A DNA stretch of 63,982 nucleotides, filler included, from Barthelona sp. PAP020 (taxonomy: Eukaryota): the NCBI GenBank assembly GCA_040182905.1. It is 9 parts of 9 records of this genome, joined end to end, with 100 filler letters (N's around TTAATTAATTAA, not from the genome) between each part and the next. Parts side by side here need not be neighbours in the genome. Positions count along the whole stretch, not along the records: positions 50,672 to 57,736 come from JARQWU010000512.1; positions 57,837 to 63,982 come from JARQWU010000561.1; 7 more parts are not named here. One strand, given 5' to 3'. The notes beneath the pieces were generated by a model. It saw nothing but the letters and a program-made list of their open reading frames with translations, was not told where the DNA came from and did no database searches. Shown here one piece after another: positions 53,219 to 63,982 of the stretch (position 1 is the first letter of the stretch; each line of letters begins with the position of its first letter). A program made the position numbers and the translations under genes.

Positions 53219-53901
53219 TTAATTAATAAGAAAAAGTTATATTAAACCCCCAACAAACATTTTTTGAATCCGATTGATTTTAATTGAAATGTTAATTTTT
53301 TAATTCTTTCCCATTCTTCGAAATCTCTCTATATAATTCATAAAATGTTTAATTTGTAATTTATTTAAATAAATTAACCAAATTTTACAAACAATCAACA
53401 CAAAGAAATTTTAATTTGAGATCATTTTCTTTCATTTCACTGTTATATTAAATCAAATGCAATTATTCATGTTTATCAAATCAAAAAGATTAATGTTATT
53501 AAAAAAAAGAATGAAAAAATAATATTTCTCAATTTAATTTTGACCAGAAAACGATAATAAGATTTGAGTTTATGAGATTTAGGAATTAATCATGAATTAG
53601 AATAAAACCAAGAACCTTTTCTTTGATTTAATGATAAAATCCATTCTTTTTCTGTTATATCACATTGAAATTTGTCTATCAATGAATAAACTGTCATCAA
53701 AACCATACAAAAAATTCAAAGGAAAGAAAAATTCAAAAGCCAAGATTTTCTCCTGTTGAATTTAATTGGGCTTTTTTTTTTGCTCCTCAACCCTTTCAAA
53801 CAATTGAAAATTAATGTAAATAAACAAATTGTTGAATCATTTGTAAGTTTTTTTTTTATGTTGTAATACCGCGATTTTGTATATTTATTTAAATTAAATC
53901 A

Positions 53902-56900
53902 ATGACTACCTATGAATATGATTTTGATGAAGAAGATCTCGATAAATTATTAGAAACAAATGATTTTCAAGAGGTCTCTTTTAATTCGCCTAAATCACCG
54001 AGAAGAGGAGTTAGAACTCCCAGTGCTACAGCAAGAATGTCAACATCTTTATCATATAACTCCAAACCTATTTTTATTGATGATTATTTGGGTGATAAAG
54101 AAAATGAAAATGAAGAAGAAGAAAAAATTCCTGATTCTTTCCATCAATTAACCAGAGAAGATTTTGAAAATATTCGTGAGAATTTTTTAAGGTCAGATGA
54201 TCTACTTTCATTCTCTGATTTTTTAACTTTATTTCAAAAGATTACTCAGATATCTGTTGAAGAATTGAGACGTGTTTTTCGACAGATTGATGGTTTAAAT
54301 CGTGGTAAAATTAGTTTTGGGGAATTTATTTCCTGGTGTCTTGACATAGGATTGAATACACATGATGGAAGGATTCAAACTGTGTTAAAACGCCAACCAG
54401 TTGATCCTCGATTTTGTCATCACCGTAGTATTGATACTATGCTGTGCGTTGATGCTTGGGATGTCTTGTTGAGTTGTTCTAAGGATGGAAACACAAAGAT
54501 ATGGGATTTGGCGAATGTTGGGATTTTGAAAGGAAATTTACAGCCACCTACAGATCCTTTTACCATAGGCAATCGTACCACTATGGCTTTAGCTCCAAAT
54601 GTTCAAATAGGTCACGGTAGGACAAAAGATAAAGTAACTTGGCACAATGTCGATGAAGCAACGATCAACAATAAAACTGAAGATATTGTTCAGGACATGC
54701 AAAAGATTGAGTTGCTCCTGAAAGGAGAACAAGTTCAACTCAATAAAAATGAAGAACGACTGTTAAGACATTTACCAGGATATCCACAAACTGATGGAGT
54801 GCCTATTCGGTACACCCCGTTATTAAGAGAAATTTCAAGGCCAAACGCCAGGTATAATCTGGACGAGTTGAGAAAAATTCAATCAACACGTGATGCGTAT
54901 TTTTTGTCAAAAAATGAAGTCAAGAAGACGGATCGATTGACCAGACCTCAATTGGAAGCAATATTTGCACCTTCTGATAGTTCTACTTCAGGAAATCCTC
55001 AAGTTGTTGCTCAAACATTAGGCAATGAAATTATTTCCACTTCAAGATATTCCATGAAAATGCAATACGCAAAACCTTCTGTGAAAGAGTTTGGTGCCTG
55101 GATGTTAGCAGGAACATACATTCCCACCTATGATCAGTTAGCATTGACCACGTTATCAGGAACGGTTGCTTTATACAATCAGAATTTTAAAATGCTGAGC
55201 AACACACGAATTCCCAGGGTTGCTATGTCTGTTACACATCTTTCTGATATCAGTTCCAAGATAGCTTTGGGAGATACAGGGGGACACCTATTATTATATG
55301 ATATTGAACGAGAGAGAATTACTCATATCAATAATATTCACCAAAGCACTTGGGTAAGTGCTTTGCATTACAAAGATAATTTGGGGATAATAAGTGGTGG
55401 AATGGATGGCGACATTTTAATTACGGACCCTGAAAAGCTTGTTGTCGAAAGAGAATTGAAAGGACATACGCTTGGTATTTATTGTTTAGATAGCGCTAAA
55501 ACATCAAAATTAATAATATCAGGTGGCTTAGACCGTCAAGCTTTGCTCTGGGATGCATATTGCTCAACTCCAATACATTCTTTTGAAGAACACAAGGCCG
55601 CCATAATATATGTGAGTATTGATGATATCAACAATACTTGCATAACGGTGGCATCTGATAAAACAGTAAATGTTTGGGATTTACGAACTTTTAAATGTTT
55701 ACAAATGTTGTCTGATCCATTTTTGCATCAACCAGCGGATAATTTTACTTCTAGCATTTTCTCTAGCAAATATGGTCGATTGTTTACTGCTGGAAATCAG
55801 ATACGAAATTGGGATTTTGTTACCGCTGATAGTTTAGCGTTGAAACAGCAAATGAAACAATCTATCATTGTTGATGATGGTGAACTGTCTATCGAACCAG
55901 ATGATAAGCATCCGTCTCGTGTTGCCTTATCAAGTGAAGTTCATTCGGAAAGAACGGTAAAGAATCAAGTTGAAGGGTCAACCCCTCATAACAATACCAT
56001 TATTTGCATTGATTATGATTCAAAATTGGGAGTTTTTGTTACAGTTGATGAATCTGGATTCATTTTGGTTTGGGATTTGAAAAGTGGCAGTATCATGCAA
56101 AGTTTCAGCATCAACCTCCCTCAAAACAGCGTTTTAACCACGGCTTGTTTAGCAGCTAATGGTTGTGGTCTGCTGGTTTGTGATATTACTGGAATCATTG
56201 CTTTGTGGAACTTTATGATTGGAAAGAAAATTTTTCAGTTCAGAACTTTGGACACAGAGATAATTAAGATATCTCCTTTCAATTCTGGTTCTTACATGGG
56301 TGTGGCAATGTGTTGGAATGGGAAGGTAGCGTTGATTCCAAGACCTAGTGTCAAGAATGAGAATCTTGATCCAATCGATATTATAAAGGCTCATACAGAT
56401 GACGTCGTTGCACATTGTATGATACAAAACAATTTGTGCACTGCTGGACGTGATGGTTTAATTATCGTGTGGCAAACGATGATACCAGCGACCAGAAGCG
56501 TCTTTACGATACCGTTGTTGCCTGATCAAAGAACCAATGTGAATGACAATATTATATGTGACGGCAACAGTGCTACGATGAATAAAAAGGCGGCAGAAGT
56601 TATATCCATAAGTTTTGACAACGAATTAAAAGTCTTGTATGTTTTGTCTGAAGATGTAAAAACACGCCAAATTTTATGGATGGTCAATCCATTTGATATC
56701 AATGTATGGGCAAGGCCATTATTTCAGCTTGAATTTCAAGCAATAGCTTGTGAAACAGCTACGGTTAAAAACCAACTGTACTTCATCCTGATTAGTGTTG
56801 ATGGACAACTAATGAAACTGAAATTGAATGTTCCTGAATGTTTGAAGAATAGAAAAGGTGATGACCCCTGGTTGAGTTATCCAACGATTGAGTTTGTTAA

Positions 56901-57372
56901 GACAAACACTCTGTTGATGTATCCTTTAATTGGAAATAAAAAGATCATCTATTTACGCAAGTTAAATATTAAAGGATATGAGTTCTTTGTTTGTGCAAGT
57001 GAATATGGTATCATTGAATTGTTTAACATTGATTTAGAAGTTTTATGTCGATTTGAAAGTAATATAAAAGTTTGGAATGAATTTTCGAATATTAGTGCTG
57101 AAATAATGAAGAATGTTAACGCCAACTTTTTTTTAATCAAACAATTGAATAAATTGGAAAGAAAAACTCATGAAAAGAAAGTTTTAGAAGGTAAAGCAAA
57201 AAGCAAAAATAATACTGTTGAGAATAGAAATATCTCGAATAAAAACGGTTCAAGTACCACAAAAGACACTCAACACCACAGAAAACACAAGAATTCCGAA
57301 AAAGAAGTCAATATTCCAAGGTTAAACATGTCCAGATTGAGTAAAATGACAAGCAGTACTGATAGTTTGTAA
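53902..57372 (+). CDS. EF-hand + WD40 protein (WDR49/EFCAB8-like, cilia-associated)
   Basis: FRQIDGLNRGKISFGEF EF-hand followed by many WD repeats. Confidence 0.8.
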   Translation: MTTYEYDFDEEDLDKLLETNDFQEVSFNSPKSPRRGVRTPSATARMSTSLSYNSKPIFIDDYLGDKENENEEEEKIPDSFHQLTREDFENIRENFLRSDDLLSFSDFLTLFQKITQISVEELRRVFRQIDGLNRGKISFGEFISWCLDIGLNTHDGRIQTVLKRQPVDPRFCHHRSIDTMLCVDAWDVLLSCSKDGNTKIWDLANVGILKGNLQPPTDPFTIGNRTTMALAPNVQIGHGRTKDKVTWHNVDEATINNKTEDIVQDMQKIELLLKGEQVQLNKNEERLLRHLPGYPQTDGVPIRYTPLLREISRPNARYNLDELRKIQSTRDAYFLSKNEVKKTDRLTRPQLEAIFAPSDSSTSGNPQVVAQTLGNEIISTSRYSMKMQYAKPSVKEFGAWMLAGTYIPTYDQLALTTLSGTVALYNQNFKMLSNTRIPRVAMSVTHLSDISSKIALGDTGGHLLLYDIERERITHINNIHQSTWVSALHYKDNLGIISGGMDGDILITDPEKLVVERELKGHTLGIYCLDSAKTSKLIISGGLDRQALLWDAYCSTPIHSFEEHKAAIIYVSIDDINNTCITVASDKTVNVWDLRTFKCLQMLSDPFLHQPADNFTSSIFSSKYGRLFTAGNQIRNWDFVTADSLALKQQMKQSIIVDDGELSIEPDDKHPSRVALSSEVHSERTVKNQVEGSTPHNNTIICIDYDSKLGVFVTVDESGFILVWDLKSGSIMQSFSINLPQNSVLTTACLAANGCGLLVCDITGIIALWNFMIGKKIFQFRTLDTEIIKISPFNSGSYMGVAMCWNGKVALIPRPSVKNENLDPIDIIKAHTDDVVAHCMIQNNLCTAGRDGLIIVWQTMIPATRSVFTIPLLPDQRTNVNDNIICDGNSATMNKKAAEVISISFDNELKVLYVLSEDVKTRQILWMVNPFDINVWARPLFQLEFQAIACETATVKNQLYFILISVDGQLMKLKLNVPECLKNRKGDDPWLSYPTIEFVKTNTLLMYPLIGNKKIIYLRKLNIKGYEFFVCASEYGIIELFNIDLEVLCRFESNIKVWNEFSNISAEIMKNVNANFFLIKQLNKLERKTHEKKVLEGKAKSKNNTVENRNISNKNGSSTTKDTQHHRKHKNSEKEVNIPRLNMSRLSKMTSSTDSL

Positions 57373-58047
57373 GAATTTTCAAAACTCTGGTTATATTCAA
57401 CACAAGTTTCTCATTTGATCAATTGACAATAATCTAATTCTTTTTATATCTTTAAATGAATGAATTGATGTAATAGTTGAAGAAGTGAAAAGAAATATTC
57501 CCAATGACCAATGATCATATCATGACTCATAAACAAGCCCTTAAACAACTATCTTTTTTTTTTGTTAAAAGTGAACTTTATCTATTTACAACACACATTC
57601 GCCAACACAATCTACACTGAAGGTGATGTTTGCTTGATATTGGAACTTGAATCAAAAACTGCATGTATTTCAGCAGGCAAAGCATAATTACCGGTCTGGG
57701 TATTTCTCTTTCTGTCTTCAGCATAGCAAACCATAANNNNNNNNNNNNNNNNNNNNNNNNNNNNNNNNNNNNNNNNNNNNTTAATTAATTAANNNNNNNN
57801 NNNNNNNNNNNNNNNNNNNNNNNNNNNNNNNNNNNNTTGAAAGGAACATTCAAATACACCTCTCGAAAGTGTACATTTGAATCCCCAAATGTGTAAAACA
57901 TTAAAAAACTTTAAAGAAAAAAAATTAAATTTCATTCTTTATTTAATTTGCAAAAGGCAGCACATATATTAATTAAAGTCTTTGATTCTTTGAAATGAAC
58001 AAAAATAAAAGAAATAATCACACTCTATACAATTATCACAATTTACA

Positions 58048-59433
58048 TCAATTTTCCCAATTTGTGTGGAAAGTTTCACCCGGTTTATCATCTCTTTCAT
58101 AAGTATGCGCCCCAAAACAGTCTCTTTGTGCTTGAATTAGATTTGCCGGCAATTTGTCAATTCTTTGAGTGGAAATGAAGGAAATTGCGTTGTTCATGCA
58201 AAGTAAAGGAACTCCCATTTTTAACATATCACCAACAACATCAGCCAAATTAGTTTGAGCCTCAAAATCAATGTACTTGTAGATATTTTCATCAATTCTC
58301 CATTCAGAACCATTCAAAGCATGAGAAAATAGATTTAATGTAAATTCAGATCTGATAATACAGCCTTCCCTCCAAATATCAGGTATTTTTTGAACTGGAA
58401 TAGCCCAACTCTTGACATTTGACATATGCTCAATGATTTCAAATCCTTCGATATAGGCAATAATTATTGCTGTTTCTAATGCTTTATGAACTTTTTGAAG
58501 ATCTATCTTTTGATCAATTTTTGCCAAAGAAATTGTCTCTCCATAAGACTTTTCAAACTTTTGCATGGATAACATTCTAGCTGTAACAGCAGCTGTCAAT
58601 GTAGGTAATGGAATTAACTGTTCAAAAGCTGTTTGAACTGTCCACAAACCAGTACCTTTCATCTTTGCCAATGATCTTATTTTTGGCAACAACAAACCTT
58701 CACCTAATTCATCCTCTTTTTGAAGAATCTGTGAAGTGATTTCAAACAAATATCCAGAAGTAGCCCCTTCTTTTGACCAAAGAGTGAAAATATCAACAAG
58801 AGAAGAATGATCCAAAATATTACTCAAATAAAGGTAAGCTTCAGAAATAATTTGCATTATAGCATATTCAATGGCATTATGAACCATTTTGACAAAATGA
58901 CCAGCCCCACTTATGCCAACATGAGTAACGCAAGTTCCAACAGATGACTGTGCGGCAGCTTTGGTCAAAATTGGTCCAACGTCTTTCCATGAATCTTCAG
59001 TCCCACCAAACATCATTGAAGGACCTTCCAAAGCTCCAATTTCACCACCAGAAACGCCCAAACCCACAAAATGAAGATTATGTTTTGCACATCTTTCAAA
59101 ACGTTTTTCGGTGTCTTTGTAAAATGAATTCCCTCCATCTATTATGATATCATCTTTTGACAGTTTTTCCACCAATAAATCTATCATGTAATCAATAGCT
59201 GGACCAGCCTTTATCATCAGCAAAATGATCCTTCTTTTCCCTTGAAAAGAATTGAGAAACTCATCCAAATTATGTGTTGGGATGAAATTACCCTCATTAT
59301 TGTAATCATCAATAAATTTGTCAACCTTTGAAACAGTTCTGTTAAATAACGCCACATTGAAACCCCTAGAAGCAAAGTTTCTGGCAATACTTACACCCAT
59401 CGTTGCTAGACCATAAACTCCAATGTCAGCCAT
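58048..59433 (-). CDS. PGD: 6-phosphogluconate dehydrogenase, decarboxylating
   Basis: GLATMG, DGGN, GVSGGE, GAGHFVKMVHNAIEY, KGTG, QAQRDCFGAHTY. Confidence 0.97.
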   Translation of the reverse strand: MADIGVYGLATMGVSIARNFASRGFNVALFNRTVSKVDKFIDDYNNEGNFIPTHNLDEFLNSFQGKRRIILLMIKAGPAIDYMIDLLVEKLSKDDIIIDGGNSFYKDTEKRFERCAKHNLHFVGLGVSGGEIGALEGPSMMFGGTEDSWKDVGPILTKAAAQSSVGTCVTHVGISGAGHFVKMVHNAIEYAIMQIISEAYLYLSNILDHSSLVDIFTLWSKEGATSGYLFEITSQILQKEDELGEGLLLPKIRSLAKMKGTGLWTVQTAFEQLIPLPTLTAAVTARMLSMQKFEKSYGETISLAKIDQKIDLQKVHKALETAIIIAYIEGFEIIEHMSNVKSWAIPVQKIPDIWREGCIIRSEFTLNLFSHALNGSEWRIDENIYKYIDFEAQTNLADVVGDMLKMGVPLLCMNNAISFISTQRIDKLPANLIQAQRDCFGAHTYERDDKPGETFHTNWEN

Positions 59434-59633
59434 ATTCACAAAAATTAAATTGTTGAATTCTTTACAAAACCTGTAAACTCGTCTTTACTGGAAAAATGAT
59501 GGGTGAGTAACATCAAATATTTTTCCAAATCTACAATGATTTAATTCATATTTTTCCAACAAAACTAACTATAGAAAAAGAACAAGAGATAAAAAAATAA
59601 TGGAAAAAAGGAAAATGACCAATTACATTTTAT

Positions 59634-60812
59634 ATGAGTCTACGTGTTGCTTTCATACATCCAGATCTTGGAATTGGAGGTGCTGAACGTCTTGTTTTAG
59701 ATTTAGGTATTGCATTAAAGAACGAGGGAGTTGAAGATGTTGATTTTTTCACATCCCATCATGATCCTGACCATTGTTTTCCTGAAACTGTAGATGGAAC
59801 GTTTAGAGTATATTCACATTTTGATTGGTTGCCACGACATTTATTTGGTTTATTTCATGCATTTTTTGCCTATCTTCGAGTATTTTTGTTAACTTTTTTA
59901 ATTATATTTAAGTACACGCAAAATGATTATGATCTTTTCATTGTTGATCAAATATCTTTGCCAAATATCGTTTTAAAAATGTTTAGAAAACGTGTTTTGT
60001 TTTATTGTCATTTTCCTGACAAATATTTGGCAACCAACAGATATTGGCTGAAGTCATTATACAGGATACCTATTGATAGAGTCGAAGAATACACAACTGG
60101 ATTGGCGGATACCATTTTGGTTAATTCAAACTTTACCGCTAATATCTTTAAACAAGCATTCCCACGTATTCAAAAAGATCCAACAGTTTTGTATCCTACT
60201 GTAAAGCTTTCAAAGCATTCGATTGATGGATCTACGGAGAATGATCTTCCTGAAGGTGTAAAACTACCATTTGTGTTATCAATAAACCGTTATGAACGTA
60301 AAAAAAATCTTCCATTGGCTTTAAAAGCTTTCTCCATAGCAAAGAAAGATATGTCTTTATCCCTTGTTTTTGCAGGAGGATTTGACAATCGTGTCCCTGA
60401 AAATGCCAGTGTTCTTAAAGAATTGAAAGATTTGACGAAAGAATTAGATCTGGAGTCTCGTGTGAAATTTGTTTGTTCATTTTCAGAAAAAGAAAAATGT
60501 GCTTTATTGAAATATGCTTCAGTATTAATATACACGCCAACCAATGAACATTTTGGTATTGTTCCTGTTGAAGCGATGTTAGCTGGTTGTCCTGTATTGG
60601 CAACCAATACCGGAGGTCCTTTGGAATCCATCAAACATGAAAAGACAGGTTTATTAGTAACTGAGGATCCAGATGAATTTGCTGATGGATTGAGTGAGTT
60701 GTTGTACAATCGAAAGTCGTATATTTTTGGTCCTGAACGTGTTGAAGAAATGTTTTCCTTTGATGTTTTTCAACAAAATTTTATCGAAATGGTAAAAGAA
60801 ATGGTAAATTGA
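59634..60812 (+). CDS. ALG2: Alpha-1,3/1,6-mannosyltransferase
   Basis: HPDLGIGGAERL, FYCHFPD, SINRYERKKN, EHFGIVPVEAM. Confidence 0.97.
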   Translation: MSLRVAFIHPDLGIGGAERLVLDLGIALKNEGVEDVDFFTSHHDPDHCFPETVDGTFRVYSHFDWLPRHLFGLFHAFFAYLRVFLLTFLIIFKYTQNDYDLFIVDQISLPNIVLKMFRKRVLFYCHFPDKYLATNRYWLKSLYRIPIDRVEEYTTGLADTILVNSNFTANIFKQAFPRIQKDPTVLYPTVKLSKHSIDGSTENDLPEGVKLPFVLSINRYERKKNLPLALKAFSIAKKDMSLSLVFAGGFDNRVPENASVLKELKDLTKELDLESRVKFVCSFSEKEKCALLKYASVLIYTPTNEHFGIVPVEAMLAGCPVLATNTGGPLESIKHEKTGLLVTEDPDEFADGLSELLYNRKSYIFGPERVEEMFSFDVFQQNFIEMVKEMVN

Positions 60813-61253
60813 AAAAATTATGTCGTAAATGTGTGTATTTTCTTTTTTGAAAAACTGTTGAAATGAAGCTAATAATCTTGAAATTATTCTGTCAGACTGT
60901 GTCTTGATATAATATTTATAAAAAATTAAATTTTCAAAGATATTTTTATCCCAAAAAAATAAAATCACAAAACAACAGATTTTAATTTGATTATTTATTT
61001 AAAACAACATAAATTTATCAAATTAAATGCTCTTTGAATGCAATAACGACAATATTTAAATGGAGAAGTGAGAATTACAAATCTGAAGTTTGAAAGGTAA
61101 AATTTCCCTTTTCCATAATAAATTTGAAGAATTGAATATGTAATGAAAAGGCGAGAACAAAAAATAAAAACAAATCTCGTTCAGAAAAAATGGAGGAGAG
61201 AAAATGACAGAAAAAAAAAACCTTTATTTCTTTAAATAACATTTCGATGGAAA

Positions 61254-63152
61254 ATGGGTGAGGAACCGTTTTTTCAAAGGCAAAGATTTCCTTCTCCACC
61301 ACCTAGTTCTGTTGACATTTTAAATTCTGATCATTTTTCGGATTTTGCCGCTGATATTGAAGATATGGCAAGAGAATCCCCATTCACCCCTACACATCAT
61401 TCTAATATGTCACCTGACCCTTTTAATGGTTTAGGTGTTGAATCGGATGGTGGCTTTGATTTGCTTGAAAGGAATTCTGCTTATTCTGAAATTACCGGAT
61501 TTTATGGTGATGAAGAAGATATTATGGCGCAATTATCCGATGGGGTTTATACTGATACCATAATAGATTTTGAACCTACACCCAATCGTTTTGATTTTTT
61601 TGATACTTTATCTTCTAGATTTCAAAAAGATGATAAATGTCATCATAAACCCAGAAATCGATCTAATTTAGGAACCATTGTTATAGAAGAGAAACCTAAT
61701 GTAATTCGAAGAACTTTTAATGGATTCGAACAAATAGAAGCTGTGGAAGAAGTTAAAATAGATGAAACATCATCATCTTCTTCTTCAGAACAACACTTTG
61801 GAAGATCTTTTCAAAATCAATCTTTCTCTCCCAAATCTCCCAAAATTAATCTATTTGATTGGTCTAATCGTAGTGGAAGTAGTAAAAACAGAAGCAATGC
61901 AAAGAATATGGTTTGTGTTCCCTTAGAACGTATTCGTAACAAAGAGGAAGTTCTTCTTGATGAATGTCTCGGATATGTTGAAATTATTTGCAGTGACCAG
62001 ATTGGATCTCGATTTATTCAGGATAATTTACGCTTTATCAAAGGAAAAGCCTTGTTTTCCCAATTGTTTGAGGAAGTTAATGGAGCTTTTTACAGTTTGG
62101 TTAATGACCCTTTCGGGAATTATGTCATACAAAAATTTTTTGACATTGGTTCCCAAGAACAAAGGGATACGTTTGGGTATCGTTTACAAAATCGAGTTCT
62201 AAATTTAAGCATGCAAATGTTTGGTTGTAGAGTGGTGCAAAAAGCATTTGATTTCGTTTCTTTAAGTCTAAAAATTGATTTGATGAGAGAAATTGAATCA
62301 AACGTGATGATGTGTGTCTATAATCAAAACGGCAATCATGTGATTCAAAAAATTATAGAGAAAGTTCCTCCTGTTAAATTGAATTTTATAATTGAAGAAG
62401 TTGGTCAGAATATTTCAGAATTGGCCAGGCATACCTATGGATGTCGAGTCATTCAAAGAATATTAGAGCATTGTACTGATAAACAAAAAGAACCAATTAT
62501 TTCGGAGATTTTAACACAAGCAATCCAATTAGTCTATCATCAATATGGTAACTACGTCATGCAACATATTCTTGATAAGTGTAGCACCAAACAAAGATCT
62601 AAATTGTTTAATATAATCAAAGATCAGTTTGTTTCTATGGCTATTCATGAATATGCTTCCCATGTTGTTGAAAAATGTTTGGATAATTGTTTGCCTGATG
62701 AAATTACATTCATTTTTGAGGAGATATTAAATGCTTCAGGACCCATAGGACCTTATTTATTGGAACCTACTCCTAGTGTTTCTGAAAATGATTCAATAAT
62801 CAGGGCTTTATTGAAGGGTACTTATTCTAATTATGTTATACAGAAGTTGATAACTATCGCTAATGTTTATAATTTTGGTGAGAAATTATACTTAGCTTGT
62901 TCTCCACATTTAGATGCAATTCAATCATTGCCATATGGTCCTCATATTATTACTAAGTTAAACAAGAACTTCTCTAATAACAATGTCAATAGCAACAGCA
63001 ATATCAATAACAACAATAAAAAAAATGTTAATGGAAATCAAATGAAAGCTCACAATAACAGTAATCAAAACCATCAGCACAAACAACAGCAACATTATAG
63101 TCAAAGTAACAAAAACAGTTTCAATCAACGTTCTAAAAGACAACAAACTTGA
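61254..63152 (+). CDS. Pumilio/PUF RNA-binding protein (8 repeats)
   Basis: GSRFIQ, GNYVIQ, GCRVVQ, GNHVIQ, GCRVIQ, GNYVMQ, ASHVVE, SNYVIQ. Confidence 0.95.
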   Translation: MGEEPFFQRQRFPSPPPSSVDILNSDHFSDFAADIEDMARESPFTPTHHSNMSPDPFNGLGVESDGGFDLLERNSAYSEITGFYGDEEDIMAQLSDGVYTDTIIDFEPTPNRFDFFDTLSSRFQKDDKCHHKPRNRSNLGTIVIEEKPNVIRRTFNGFEQIEAVEEVKIDETSSSSSSEQHFGRSFQNQSFSPKSPKINLFDWSNRSGSSKNRSNAKNMVCVPLERIRNKEEVLLDECLGYVEIICSDQIGSRFIQDNLRFIKGKALFSQLFEEVNGAFYSLVNDPFGNYVIQKFFDIGSQEQRDTFGYRLQNRVLNLSMQMFGCRVVQKAFDFVSLSLKIDLMREIESNVMMCVYNQNGNHVIQKIIEKVPPVKLNFIIEEVGQNISELARHTYGCRVIQRILEHCTDKQKEPIISEILTQAIQLVYHQYGNYVMQHILDKCSTKQRSKLFNIIKDQFVSMAIHEYASHVVEKCLDNCLPDEITFIFEEILNASGPIGPYLLEPTPSVSENDSIIRALLKGTYSNYVIQKLITIANVYNFGEKLYLACSPHLDAIQSLPYGPHIITKLNKNFSNNNVNSNSNINNNNKKNVNGNQMKAHNNSNQNHQHKQQQHYSQSNKNSFNQRSKRQQT

Positions 63153-63810
63153 AAAAGGAAATTGAGGAATCTTTTTTTTCAAAGTTTTAATGTTTTACTG
63201 TTTTTTTTATTACAGAAAAAGGTTTTCTCTTTGAAATAAGTTCAAATTTTTATAAAATTTTTTGAGTTTCTTTTTTCTCAGATTTCTCACTTGCTGTTTC
63301 CGATAATGGACTCACTTCTTTTTTTATCAACTTTTTTCCTGTTATTTGGATCTCTTTCTATTTTGAAGCTTTGGCTTTAATTGACCAAATAATTATGAAG
63401 AAATTTTGATATCACACTCGGTTAAAAAAGAACTTGTTGTTGAAAATTCCTTCTTATAAAGCAAAAATTGTTTAAAATAAGAAAGAACCCCGTGTATTTT
63501 AGGTGAAAATTTGAGAAATTCCTTTGAAAAATGAACTTTGACAACGGGTTTTTGTTGAGTCAAAACATTCGAAATTCCCACTTTTAGCAACAATTGTCAA
63601 AGGAAATGAAGATAAATAAAGATAACGTGTTTTAAAAAAACAAAGTGCTAAAATCGCCCTTTAGATTTTCCTTTGTACAAAGAGTTTTCCAAAACTATGC
63701 CCAATAGAGAACTGACCCCACAGGTGATTCGGAAATAATAACAAAAATACAGATTTAAAAAAAGAAAATAAATTTATTTCAAAACTGACAAGTAAAATCA
63801 ACTTGTTGAA

Positions 63811-63982
63811 TCATCCACTTTCAGCTTCCGTTTGTTCATCCAATAACATCAATGCTTCTTGGAACTTCTTGTCATCTTTCTCAGAAATGATGGCCGGTTC
63901 TTCAATGATTCTTGCTTCACCACCACATTTTTCAACTTCTTCAAGAACAAGTGTGTTGAACAGTTTAACAGCATTAAAACCA
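63811..63982 (-). CDS. SUI2: C-terminal fragment of translation initiation factor eIF2-alpha
   Basis: EEVEKCGGEARIIEEPAIISEKDDKKFQEALMLLDEQTEAESG* resembles the eIF2-alpha C-terminus. Confidence 0.65.
   Translation of the reverse strand, partial: GFNAVKLFNTLVLEEVEKCGGEARIIEEPAIISEKDDKKFQEALMLLDEQTEAESG

Noticed and set aside
1..63982. Alternative genetic code; tRNA or rRNA genes
   Set aside because: TAA, TAG and TGA each terminate conserved genes at expected ends; no cloverleaf or rRNA tract seen

Overview
AT-rich, gene-dense nuclear DNA of a flagellated microbial eukaryote (SPATA4-, DRC10- and WDR49-like genes), standard genetic code. The window is not one locus: about nine ~7.1-kb contigs are joined by artificial 100-nt N/TTAATTAATTAA/N linkers, so adjacency across linkers means nothing. 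Housekeeping genes include AMPK/SNF1, CK2-alpha, RPL23A, RPS7, RPL7, TAF12, SMU1, VPS37, DUS2, 6PGD, ALG2, a PUF protein and an eIF2-alpha fragment. Six spliceosomal introns missed by the ORF track all lie near gene 5' ends and have the branch point (CTAAY) 5-7 nt from the 3' end; one splits an ATG, and the two long ones contain hairpins. Accessory content: two related TKL-type kinases fused to different repeat arrays (ankyrin repeats varying mainly at binding-surface positions; WD40), a multicopy WD40 family with a shared C-terminal motif, a Rap1-C-like protein, a secreted GH32 and an acyltransferase-3, a CRE-like retrotransposon remnant, two dispersed repeat families and a 95-bp inverted-repeat composite. 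Unannotated ncRNAs: a box C/D guide locus with two 18S-antisense elements and an H/ACA candidate. All calls are by eye; no searches were run.
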